A stretch of DNA of 64,000 bases from NCBI GenBank assembly GCA_002633005.1, contig NMRA01000175.1, forward strand, positions 314,742 to 378,741, given 5' to 3'. The stretch's first letter is position 1, and each line of letters begins with the position of its first letter. The notes under the pieces were generated by a model. It did not search any database. It saw only the letters and a list, made by a program, of their open reading frames with translations, and was not told where the DNA came from. Both the position numbers and the translations under genes were made by a program. Shown one piece after another: positions 33,792-46,400 of the stretch. The DNA is from Phoronis australis (taxonomy: Eukaryota > Animalia > Phoronida).

Positions 33792-34867
33792 TACCCCAGG
33801 AAGCTCACTGGCACTGGAATGGCCTGGACATTTGTGTATAGCCAGTGTGTTAATATTATAATTTTCTTCTTAAACTCAACAATACAGTGATTTGTGTGAA
33901 GCTGGTGAGAATAAAAATAACTGATGAGACTGAGTCAGAATTAAATGGTTCTTCGGCAACATGACGGTCTGGTTCCTAAGCTTACTGAGGAGAAAACTGA
34001 GAAGGGGCTGTGCCAAGGTGCACTTTGGGGAGGGGGGGGCAGAGAAAGAGAATTGTACATAAATAAACAATTAACAAAACAGCGACATGCCATTAGTCAA
34101 TAAAACTTTCATATTCCGTACAGTACCTAACTTGACAGAGAAAGCAAGGCATCTCAAGTGTGCGGTCTTTTGATGGTAACAATACTCAACTACACAGATT
34201 CGCGCATGCATAGTACAGTGAAATTACTGGGACTTAGTGCCCGCTTCGGGACCTCAGCTCATCATTATTTCATCATTATTTACTCTATTTTATCTTATTT
34301 ATTCATCTAATTGTACACATTAACTAATTTTATACTAATTTGTTTTATTTATTAACTTAAATATTTTCAATCTAATTGTACATAGCTGTCTGTATTTTGC
34401 TTCATGTTATTATTTCCGACTAAGCCCGCTTGAAAATCATCTGTATTGACTAAAGTGGTCACCCAGTCTTTTAAAGAAGTTTAAATAAATAATCAATAAA
34501 CGATAGCCCTCGCAACCATTTTGAATTCAAATAAAGGACAGACACAAACGCGATCGGACGTTGCTTTGGAGGTACAAAATACTCATTTGAAGAATGCATT
34601 GCCGTTGAAACAAAAAAAATAAAAACGAAAGCGATGACGTCGATTTAGAACTGGAGAGCAACACACCTAAATGTCGAAAGCCGAGATCGGAGTCGGTACA
34701 GTTTCGGTGTCACAGTTAATAAATTCTTCCTTGTAATTTTTTTTGTCCACGCTTGCACCTCTGCATAAAATTTCCGTTCGTTTGAGGATGTGTTAAGAAT
34801 TTTCATTTGAGTAAGTGAGTATTTGCCAGTAGTCAGTGAGTTCTCAACTTGAATTAATCATTTATGA

Positions 34868-35335
34868 ACAAAACCCATTTACCGTTAACTGTAGTGTTTT
34901 CCACTGAAGGAGTATAATTTCAGCGAACTTCTACTTATTCAAGGTCACCGTAGAATCATACGCGCGAGCATCCGAATCATACGCACGAATTACCTACGTT
35001 AATCTAGTATGATTCATGCATACGAACCCGACATGAATCACGCATGCGAACTCAAAAATCATGCGTACAACCACAAAAATCACACACACGAAAAAAAAAT
35101 CATACGCAAGAACCACCAAACAATTAAGTGATCGTGCGTGTGATTCGATGCTCGTGCGTATGATTTTGTGGTTGTATGTATGATTTTTGTGAATCATAGA
35201 TTAACGTAGGTAGTTCGTGCGTATGATTCGGATGCTCGCGCGTATGATTCTACGGTGACCTTGAATAAGTAGAAGTTCGCTGAAATTATACTCCTTCAGT
35301 GGAAAACACTACAGTTAACGGTAAATGGGTTTTGT
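34868..35335. repeat. Long inverted repeat: 139-bp arms (34868-35006 / 35197-35335) around a spacer of aatcatacgc-type subrepeats
   Basis: Arms are reverse complements, with only one mismatch seen by eye. Confidence 0.92.
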
Positions 35336-38300
35336 GATTCGTGGATTCGTATGCATGATTCATAGATTCCATGATAGGTGGTTCGTGCTTAAGATCGGCG
35401 GGCTTTAAACGTTACAAAACGGTAGATGTTGTTTCAACTGAGTGATTATTTTAACAACTGAACAAGCTTACAAAATCTAGAGACACCCACAACAAAAAAC
35501 TGAGTTTAGAGATGTGCTGATGTGCTTTAACTCCAATACTGTGAAAATTTTGCTTGCAAACACCACCAAAATGTTTCATGAAGAATGACTTTGGTCCCAC
35601 TATACAATGACTGGATAAAGGTTTAGCCGTGTAAGTATTAGCCCATCACAGCCTGAGCCTAGAAATGACAAAATATCTCACTGACTGGCAGTTATGACAA
35701 TTTTCATTATTTTTTAAAAAATAGTTATGTGGAGAGTAAGACTAAATTTCATGAAACAGACCTCAGACGTTTTTGTTGATTTAGCCGAACAAGCTACACC
35801 ACTCCTGTCGTACTTTTTTTAACAAACTCTGCCAAACTGTTTGGTCGTGTACGGGCAACCTGTTCACATAAACAAACTTTTTTTGCAAACTTGACGATAG
35901 GCCTACATGAGCTTCGCGTTTATTGCGATCAACTGAAAAGTATACAGCTAGTGTACAAGACAGCAGAAACTTGCTAGCTTGAACCTAGGACCCAATAAAT
36001 AATACTGAGTTCTAGCTTGAACACTGAAAATACTATTTTGGAAACACGCACTATTTCAAACATAACATCATGGGTCTCAGAACGCTTGAATATAGGGCAG
36101 TCGGGTGCATGACTCTTTTGCCAAACGCACATTAATCGCCCGCCTTTTACAACTGGGTCGGTTGATGGACGATTGCGAGAGGATTCACATTTCAAAAATG
36201 AACATAAATGTTCAAGAAAATAAGGTAAAATCACAAATATTAATTTATGAATATAGCTTATCGGGGCCTGCGAATTTATTTATGGTAGGTGTCCTCTGGA
36301 CAATCGTCATGGGCAGTTAAAGTCTTATTTGATTATTTTCCTAAATCTTCCATCTTTCTGTTGTCGATTGCCCTGAACCACATGAGTAAATCTGCTACTC
36401 TGCCTTATGTTTGTGCGTGGGCAGAGTCGACCTACTTACTAATTACTTCTAGTCATTTCTTACACCAAAAGAGAACGCTATATTACCGACCACTCAAGTC
36501 TGTTGGCCGTTGTTGTCAATGCACGAGACGCCCTCGGTCTGGTGTTATAATTTGATTAGGGTTATTGTTGACACAAGCACTGGCGTGACGCATGGTACCA
36601 GACTCCGTCACAGTTAGTCAGTAGTTAATGTGAACGTTTTCTTGTGATCTGGTACCACATGTACAGACATAGACTTACTCAAATGTTAAAATTCTGGTGT
36701 ACCGGAGACAGTTCCCCTCGCCAGCAGGGCCTCTTGTCGGCGTGGGCTGGCAATTCTGGTGCAGCTTCGGACGTTCACTGGTCATTTCCTCAGTTTTAAA
36801 GTACGTCCATTGCTACGAACATGTTTACGTCCTCATGCCAGCGCACTGACCAGTTGCGCGTCCTAGTACTACGTGAAATTTCAGACCATTTCCAGCAACG
36901 GGACAAATTGGAGGCACCTAAAATTACTGGAGCCTCAGATGTTTTATACTTTTTATAACTGATAGGAGCCCCAGAAACCTTGATTCGACACTGAATAACG
37001 ATTTTCATGGTGTCTTATTCACGTCACTAAGTCAGCACTACCTCCTGTTTTAAGAATCAAGGTCTCCGCTTACTGTGCTGCAAAACCGGCCGTTTGGAGC
37101 TTTACGAAAAGTTGTCGAAAAAATGATTTTGGAAACTAGGTCTAATAGGCCAGGTAGCCCAAACAGTTTATGCACCTTTTTAATTGAAATAATTTATTTC
37201 TGCTACCTAATAACCGTTTAATTGGTTTTCACTGTAGAAGCACATTAATTTACATAGCAAGCTCATAGCTTGATTTTAATATCAGTGACTATGGTGATGC
37301 CAATAACTGTTTTCGTAACCGGTAGTTTTGTCTGCGGTATTGTACATGTAGCCAGAACGAATTTTTGACGGAAATGAAGAAGTCACGATTCAATAGAAAC
37401 TTCCACTATACGCTAATTATTGATTTCACCGTGGTAAATTCTGAGGTTAAAGGTGATACACCCTGACGGGACTATTATCTAATGACTATGTTAAGCGTTA
37501 ATTAATTTCTTGGAAGAAATATAGTCATATGTGTTGACAGCCGCCTGTTTAAGTCGAAACAACTACTGTTCACATTGAGTCATGAATTTGACCCTTGAAC
37601 GGTAATAAATAGACTTTTTCGCACATGTACAAAATGAAAATGAATTTCCAAGGCCCGGTTGTTATACCCTAGATATCACATCGCACTATCGCTTGTCACG
37701 GTGGAACAATGCTTTTGACGTCATGAAATAATCAAATTAATGCTCAGTGGATAAATTGACAAGTCCTTGTATGCAACTCAGCTCAGGAATCAGTGCACAT
37801 GTCCACAATTTTCAGGAAATTTTTTGGAGGTGTAGATTAATCATTTTCCAATCTCTGGAAACTTTTTGATTACAAAAAAAGGTTTTTGCGCAAATCGAGT
37901 AGTGCAAAGTACGGGTGTTTGTCAGTGATGTCATGATGGAAGAACTTAACGTATTTTTGTTCATTATCCAGCGTGACTCATGGGCATGGTAATCACTTAA
38001 ATCTTAGCTGTAGAGCTTTAGTATCTTGGTGAAAAAAACAGACCACACGAGTATGTGAGATTTCGCCAAGCTGAAAAAGTGAAGCACGTTTGCTGATTTA
38101 CTCGCGAGTCACGGTTTGCCTTGCGTCTAGGGAACGTGCTTCTGGTTACGGCCCTTCGCAGCGCCATCATGTAGTATCGAATACTTGATTTTGTTGTTGA
38201 ACCAATGCATGTGTAATAGAACTCCTGGTCACACACTACGTTGCCAGGGATTCAGAAGGTGAACATTGCGGCTTGTCGGCAAAACGCAAGGGTAAATTGG

Positions 38301-38401
38301 TATACACTAACTAGCACTATGTTAAACATTTAGATTTGTTAATCGGCATGGCTAATACGTGCCTGATATTCATTATCCTTCTGCGCATTAGCATACAGCT
38401 C

Positions 38402-38467
38402 GCTGGTTCCCTGCGTGCCGCTAGGTGGTAGACATGGCTACCACCTAGCGGCACGCAGGGAACCAGC
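38402..38467. repeat. Near-perfect 66-bp GC-rich palindrome
   Basis: gctggttccctgcgtgccgctaggtggtag-acatgg-ctaccacctagcggcacgcagggaaccagc; perfect 30-bp arms. Confidence 0.95.
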
Positions 38468-40718
38468 TAGAAATTGTTAGTTGCTTTTGATTGTAAAAAA
38501 TCTGCTTCGTCTACTCACCGCTACAAAATTGGTTTTAACTTGTTCCTTAATCAGATGACAAGTGTTTTCTGGGCTTGCAAAGAACTGATAGTGCGTTGTT
38601 CCCAGTTCAGACCAGCGTAGAGTTCGATACCCGTCTAGGGGATTGTAAAATTTAGCCAAAGTCTGTATTAAAATATATGTCAGACAATACCTCGCGTAAT
38701 TTCGCGAAGTCTTGCGGGTGATTTTCCGCCAACAAGCCGTGAACTGTATGGTCGCTAAGGCAATTCCACAGGCGATTTCATTTTCAATCGAAATAATAAA
38801 TAGGAAGGCGGTCGCATTGCTTTGGAAGAACAATTTAATACGCCTGCTAACTGAAGAAGTTTGATTTTTAAAACTAAAACATTGATTAGGCTTGCAGCTT
38901 TAACTTTTGTAAGGCTGTGTACGATATTATTCAAATTTAGTAGATCTTCACATTGCCAGAACAATGGTATAATTGTTTGGGAATGCGTGGCTGTCACGCA
39001 ATTGGATTGCGATACCCTTAGGGTTTGCACGTACAAAGTACTAAGTCTCTGTTTACTGATAATGTTGTTAAAAGCTATCACTTTCAGATTTGTTTTGGAG
39101 CGATTCTTAGACTCTGGAGCATTTTTGATATTTAATTACTTTTCATTTTCGGTGCTGTGAGCCACGGGCTTCAGGTCTTGAGCTGATAAAGAAATCGAGC
39201 AATAGCTAGGAGTCTTGAGACAGATATGTCATTCCATTTTCGGTCGACTGAAATTAGAAATTAAGTTGTTATAGGATAACTCGCAGTGTGGACACGTCTT
39301 TAAGCATTTGAGATACAGCGAGAAAATAATAATATAATGCTAGTTTTTGTACATGTATAATGATCTTGGTTAAATGAATTTGTTATCGCTGCACACCTTG
39401 ATTAGTGAAACCGTCTGTCAGCTTGGGTTGGTTCGTATACCTGTTGAAAATCTCTTGCCACACGTGGGTATGTTTCTGTCTCAAGAAACACGGTGGACTC
39501 AATATAGTGTAGTAGTTCATTAAATGAACGAGTTCACGAAAAACTAGTCGTGTAATGTTTACACGGTTAGATCAGCTTACCGTGCAAATGTGAAAAAACT
39601 ATAAACAGTGAAAGCGAAGTTACCCTGACATTAAACACGGATCTTGGTGAAGAAGGAAGGTGCCGTTTTGTCGCTGTAATGTTATCGTAGCATCCTAGCT
39701 TCCCTATCGCTTTGCAGTTATAACTCATTGGCCGGTTACTTCTCACGAACACAGTCATCATACCATAATTGAAATGTTTTCGAAAATTAAAAAGCACAGT
39801 CCTAGTTGTTTTACTTTAATACCCAACTTGCAATTATAATTTAAATATCTAAACAACGCCCATTTCCTCAAATCAAAATCGGGTGGTCTAGACGAAATTC
39901 AGTTTACAAAAAATGTAGGAGTCCACCAACGGAAAGATGAGTGAAAGTTATACACACACATTTTCGTTTACCTGAATTACCGTCACCGTCACCTTTGATT
40001 TATTCTTGCTATAACCTGGATTGGAAACGTCTCCACGGAATGTTTTCGATCATTCAAATACACGAAAACACCTCTTTTAAGAGATTTTTTTTTATTTCCG
40101 TGTCACTGAGACGTCATTCGTGTGTCGAACATTTTCACATTAAACCTATTAAATTAATATGTTTTGATCAATGAAAGAAACCTGGCGTCAGAATCTCGGG
40201 TTTTCTAATAATAAAAAGCAATGCTCGCTGAATGGATGCCACTTTTCGTAAGTTTGTTGCAGTGAGATGGCAAAGGGTTTTTCTTAGTTATCAGAACTAA
40301 TTATTATTCACCAGGTAAAAATGATTTTTGGCATTCGGGCTGCAACTTTAATCTTTAGAAGCAGTTCCAAATCACTGGTTCAGATGTATTCACATAATTT
40401 GTTTTAAGATTAGAGGAAATTCTTAGGCGGTTCGGTATATAAATGAAGCCTCTTCGTCATGCTGAAAGACATCGGGTGTAGCTCTATGTTTTCTTGGAAG
40501 CAGACGAGATTATTATTCATTAGCTTTTTTTGCACCGAATGAGAAGCATAGTTGCGGAAGACCTATGCAAATATTTGCCGAGATAATTTTGTCAATGTGC
40601 TGAGTTTGTTTTTGTTAACGCGCATGACAGTTTATCAGAAACGAGGCTAACATTTTTATGCGCATACGAAAAAGAATCGAAAACAAAAGATACGCATACA
40701 GTGAATTGAACTGTAAGT

Positions 40719-41313
40719 NNNNNNNNNNNNNNNNNNNNNNNNNNNNNNNNNNNNNNNNNNNNNNNNNNNNNNNNNNNNNNNNNNNNNNNNNNNNNNNNNN
40801 NNNNNNNNNNNNNNNNNNNNNNNNNNNNNNNNNNNNNNNNNNNNNNNNNNNNNNNNNNNNNNNNNNNNNNNNNNNNNNNNNNNNNNNNNNNNNNNNNNNN
40901 NNNNNNNNNNNNNNNNNNNNNNNNNNNNNNNNNNNNNNNNNNNNNNNNNNNNNNNNNNNNNNNNNNNNNNNNNNNNNNNNNNNNNNNNNNNNNNNNNNNN
41001 NNNNNNNNNNNNNNNNNNNNNNNNNNNNNNNNNNNNNNNNNNNNNNNNNNNNNNNNNNNNNNNNNNNNNNNNNNNNNNNNNNNNNNNNNNNNNNNNNNNN
41101 NNNNNNNNNNNNNNNNNNNNNNNNNNNNNNNNNNNNNNNNNNNNNNNNNNNNNNNNNNNNNNNNNNNNNNNNNNNNNNNNNNNNNNNNNNNNNNNNNNNN
41201 NNNNNNNNNNNNNNNNNNNNNNNNNNNNNNNNNNNNNNNNNNNNNNNNNNNNNNNNNNNNNNNNNNNNNNNNNNNNNNNNNNNNNNNNNNNNNNNNNNNN
41301 NNNNNNNNNNNNN
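40719..41313. other. Assembly gap (595 N) followed by a poly-T run
   Basis: N run directly visible. Confidence 0.99.
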
Positions 41314-41349
<36 letters not shown>

Positions 41350-42229
41350 CCTAGCAATCAAATAGAACAGAAAAATAAGGGTCATTTGTTTGGAGGAAAG
41401 GCACAAAGTATACGAATTTCGGACGGTGTGCCGAAAAGCGGGAAATTCTGGTGCTTTAATTGCCAAGTAGGCTATGTAGTAGCAATCACACTGAACATTT
41501 CTGGCTAACTGGTTAAAAATTCATCTGCCCTAAAATCCCAACGAGCTAAAGGGGAGGTTTATGAAATTAACACCCAACAGGAAAGGGTAGTGTTTTGGGA
41601 ACTAAACCATACAAAACGGGGAGCCCGCACATGACGGCGTTCTCCCGTTCAGTGCACAGCCCAGTCAGGCTAGATAGTATCTTATTGGAGATTAAAGCAA
41701 TTATCGAACAAAAGAGAGGTGGCCCTCCAACCCTAAATGCCAGAATGGGGTTATTGTGTAAGATATTGGCTACAGGAGTCATCTTCCCAACTTGTAGCTG
41801 GGCTATAGAATCGAACAAGTTGGGAGCAACGGGAAAACGCCTTGAAGGAAGCTCCCAACCAATCAGCTGTACTCTCTATATGCGGGTGAGTATACTAATT
41901 TCCCATCTGCACTCCGGTGAGTCCTGTCAAACAAAGTCGATCATATCCCAAGGAAAGAACTTGCTACCCCAAGCTTGGGGCACACTGAGAACACGGAAAA
42001 AGGTGATTGTTTATTGAGAACTGGGTGTTCACACACCCTAGTTCCGACCTGGGGAACATTTCAAAATGGAACACGTTCACTAAGAACGTTATCTCGGTTA
42101 GAGTGATTAGTCATCTACTGATCAATGAGGGTGTACCTGAATCCCACAGTGAGGCTGACCTCTCGTGACCTTTCATTCATTGTAAACAAGTGTCTCGGTA
42201 CATACCATAGGCACACAGTAGTTCGTACT

Positions 42230-42491
42230 AAATAGAGGCTCGGAGTGTCGCGCTATGTGCTTGAGATTAAAGCGGCTGTTACGAGATACGTTTGACCGTT
42301 AGAAACTAATTTACGGAGTATATCTAATGTTAAGTGGATTTTACGATTTATTTGGATTTTGTGGACGTGCTTGCTGATTTTGATTCTTATTTTTCATCGG
42401 GGAAATTCACAGAGTTTGAGGTAGTCGCTCTCACATCAGTCATCAGCTGACGACGAACTTCTGCCAAGTGAGAAGACCCCGCTGGTGCACG
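42230..42491 (+). promoter_or_regulatory. Candidate CpG-rich non-coding first exon of the lectin-domain gene
   Basis: Locally CpG-rich, with a possible donor ACG|gtaaca at 42492 and a CCAAT motif near 41859. The downstream ~18 kb looks G/T-skewed and CpG-poor, like a plus-strand intron. Confidence 0.25.
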
Positions 42492-42765
42492 GTAACAGGT
42501 GATTTGATTAGAAAGTATGATTTATCTCAAGAAATCTCTGTGAGCATTACTTTTATAAAGAATTTGCAGAACGTAGCGTGGCGGCCAACGCATTTTGATA
42601 TTTCACAAATTTTCAGGACACTCGTTATTTCACATTCGTGGTGGTGGGTTTCAGTAGTCTATCTATGGTTTCATCATCACTAGCCTTGGACTTGGTGCAA
42701 AGCTGTGTTAGCCTTCATCATGGGCGGAGCACTGAAATAAGTGGAGGGGGGGGGGGNGGGAGGGG

Positions 42766-43190
42766 TGCTGTACGTGAACTTGGAATCCTGCTTAATCTCA
42801 AGATTAAGCAGAAGTGAGTGTTGCGTGAACTTGGAATACGCAAGGCTACTCGTTGAGTTCTCTCAAATTATCACGTTTATGTTCATAAAAATTTGCACTG
42901 TGCTAAATCAAGTTACATTTGAATACAATAATGTCAATTTAAATCAAGCTTTTCAACTACGGGCAATCAGTTTCACCAAGCAATAATCGATTTAGCCATT
43001 CACATATTCCTCCGGTTCAGCGGCACAAGTTATGGTAAAGGAGAAAATGGTTGATCGCGAAGCCAATAATTATAAAAATTCACTGAACAAAAATTTCACC
43101 TTTTTGCCTTAAAGAATATTCAATTCCAAGTTCACGCAACACTTACTTCTGCTATGAGATTAAGCAGGATTCCAAGTTCATGCACAGCAG
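42766..43190. mobile_element. ~425-bp MITE with long TIRs, copy 2
   Basis: Colinear and highly similar to 33350-33791; the ORF track gives the same spurious peptide (YVNLESC.IS.LS.SECCVNLEYAR) at both sites. Confidence 0.85.
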
Positions 43191-43335
43191 GGGGACTGTA
43201 GCCCTCCAGTCCCCTATGGTGCGCTGCCCATGTTCACACAGCTAACTAACCTACCTCATCGCAAATAACCCTGGAGTTGGAGACTGAGAGCAATTTACGA
43301 ACTAACTTGAAAACAGAATATTGTAATCCATTAGG

Positions 43336-43453
43336 CCTAAAATTCATTTATACCTAAAATTCATTTATACCTAAAATTCATTTATACCTAAAATTCATTT
43401 GTACCTAAAATTGTTTATACCTAAAATTCATTTATACCTAAAATTCATTTATA
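43336..43453. repeat. 17-bp minisatellite (cctaaaattcatttata), ~7 copies
   Basis: Directly visible tandem units. Confidence 0.92.
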
Positions 43454-46400
43454 CTAGTGCACATCATTTGCCTGCAATATCTAGGCCTATCTGTATTTAT
43501 TCTTTATGTTGGTACAATCATATACTGTACCACATCTGTTGTCGTACAGCAACTGTCTATGGTTCATGACCACCCCTGAACCCCTTGGCTTTCCCAAGCT
43601 TCCTCTCTCCCTTCCATATTATTAACACTCACAGTCTGAGCTTTGGCTTGATTTTCTAATGGCTCTGTAATGGTTCCAGTCAATCAGTGAGTCTTACATA
43701 ATCCTCATTGATTTTACTGTGTTACACACTGTGAATATTACACCAGGATCATTATGGGTTGAGTACCTAGCACTGACTAAGGCCTGTATGTTGGATAGGT
43801 CCATTATGAATGGCATTGAGCTGTTGAGTAACAATCCTTGGTTTATGCCTTGCACATACTGAATACCCAGTCTTTAACATATACTTTTGTTATCATTTGT
43901 GAACTCCTTGTCTGTTGTGGTCTATTTGATTTAAAAAACCAGTCTTGTGTGCCTCAGTAAATTCTGGTAATATGAAAAGGAAATGGCATTGGACTGAGCT
44001 TACAATATGGTATGGCTAACAGGTATGGGATGCCATTTGTAAATTGTAAAAATATTGAGATAATGGTCTGATACGTGGGTCCCTGATTATGCACGCACCC
44101 CATTGGCCAAGTTAGCTAAAAGGTCCGCCTCGGAAAAACAAAAACACTGAAAAAAGTAGAAAACGAGACAAAAATCCACTAATAAGGCAGGAACAATCAT
44201 AATTCGGCAAATGCACAATTTATAGCTCTGAATGTACCCTGTGAATCTTGGTAAATTTGTTGAAAGTAAATTTAAAAAATAAAAAAAATTATAATGTGGG
44301 CAATAACACTGGTGTGAACAATTATTGGACAATTTCTGGGTTACTTACAAACAGTAAATTCTTAAAATCCAAACTTTGTTAGTGTTTCGGAAATTATGGT
44401 TTGGCATTTGTTGAGGCAGCAATAACTAAAAACCTAATTTGGATTAAAGAATGAATTCCATATCACTACATGTAGCTTTGGGTATTGTTGAGGTCTGCAG
44501 CTACACAACAATTATTTTAAATGAAGTCATAGGAGACCATGTTGTTGAAAATAGTACTCTGCTTTTTCCATCGGGGATTTTCAGGTTGACTTGATGTAAT
44601 GAATTCAGTTGTGACATTCACATCAACATTCTTAGATAGTGTATTGTGTTGCACAGCTCTCAAAAAATAGCACAGCACATACCATCTTACACCCGATATT
44701 TTAGAGGATAAAGTGAACTTATTCTGCTCATATGCTTGACTTGCTTATTGAAACGTGAACTCAAATAAAGTTTGTAGATATTAGGTATCTCGATTTACCA
44801 GTTGAAGTGTAGGTAAAATAGATATCACCAATTCTGTAGTAAGATAATTGTCAAGACTGCCCTTTTTCATTTTTCAAAAAAACGTTGTGAGATCGTACCT
44901 ATGTTTGTTCTAACATTGCAAAGCGTTAATTGGGTGCATCACGTCTGTTGTGGAAAAAGGATTTTAAAAAATTTCACTCGCCGGTCACATTGGTGAGGGA
45001 ATCATATGGAGACACCCTGTCCATTAAACAAGGGTTTACTGTTATCATCTGGTCAGTTTTGGTGGCTTTTCAGGAGACAGAGTGACTTGCAGTAATAAGG
45101 TTTAACTGGAATGTGGCTCAGCTTCTGAGGAATTTGATTGTCCATCTATCATGTGACATTTAGGCCTGACTGTTTTTCACTTTGGAATGCAGGAGATAAT
45201 GTGCTGGTTCCAGGTGATACTGTTGAATTAATTGGGTGGAGACCTGTTTGATATTGTTCGGAAGGTAGTATTGATATGAGGGTGGGAGGCATCAAAGCAA
45301 TTTCATAAAGGCAGTTTCATATTTCAACTGTAACTTGAAACTTGGAAGTTTCAGTTGCGTTTTAGATTATTTTTCCTTGTGCCACTGTGCTCAAATTTTG
45401 AACGACTATGCTCAAGTTTGACTGCCATGCCCAATTTTGAATTGATTGTCCTATCAATCATGACTGTTGTATGTACAGTGGTCTTAACTTCCAGTTTAAA
45501 GTTTACTGTGCATTCTTCAGTTCAGTGCCCACTGCCCCACTACAGTCTGAATCCTACCATTTTATCAAAATTATTATATAGCTGAGATTGAATTATTCAG
45601 AAAAAACACAGACTGCAATGGTCTCTCTTTGGGCTCCTAGCAGAACATTGGGACTTGCAGGGATTACATTACATCATTTCCACTGCACTCAACTTTAATC
45701 TTGGTGAGAACATTCTTAAGGTATAAGAATGGGAATAGTTCAGGAAGAAAGTAAGGGTAGCTATCATTTTTAAGTTTAAGCTGTATTTTGACCGGTCAAA
45801 AGTTCTTACTTCTAAGTCAAATTTAGACTTTTGACCATTTAAAATGTGGCTTACACACTCACAGAGTCCTGTGGGGAGTGCTATTGCCAGTACAGCTAAA
45901 CCGGCAATGTCATTTTCTGAATTACATCTTGACATCAATTAATGGCCGACTTCAACATTCATATTTCAATTTCAATCCAGAAAACAAAACTGTACTGGTA
46001 TGGTTGTTTGTTTTGTATGGCGTACGTGGTACCACTCCTGTCTGTAGGCGCATATCTTTTTGACTACATATACGCTACCCCCCACTGTGGTCAAATTATT
46101 GGTCACTATGACATTACCACACTCATGTTACTGAGACAACTGTAGAAATTTCCAGAGCAACTGTTTTTAATGGTGGGAATGTGACCAACTGCTTTCTGTG
46201 AACTTTAAAGCATTTTTCTTTAGTAGAATTTTGATCACTAAAGCAGGGGATTTCTTAGACCAGGCCATGGTTACATCAGACACTGATTGGTTTGGCTGTC
46301 ACCAATGGTTAACCATTTTCTCTAATCTACGAGAAAAAGAATCAACGTGAAGGTATGAAAAACGTGCAGACTTCAGGTTTTGCTTGGAAATCGTTGCAGA

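Larger units (their letters stand above)
32907..33940. repeat. ~90-bp imperfect direct repeat pair (32907-32996 and 33851-33940)
   Basis: taatattataattttcttc.taaactcaacaatacagtgatttgtgt...gatgagactgagtcagaa occurs twice in the same orientation. Confidence 0.85.

Noticed and set aside
40462-40485. tgaaagacat match to the 5' end of miR-71
   Set aside because: Only about 10 nt match, the 3' part diverges, and there is no convincing precursor hairpin.
40615-41466. 283-aa and 235-aa ORFs
   Set aside because: Artefacts of the N gap and poly-T run.
41595-42017. 140-aa plus-strand ORF
   Set aside because: TTG start, no domain and no convincing splice sites; more likely promoter-proximal non-coding DNA.
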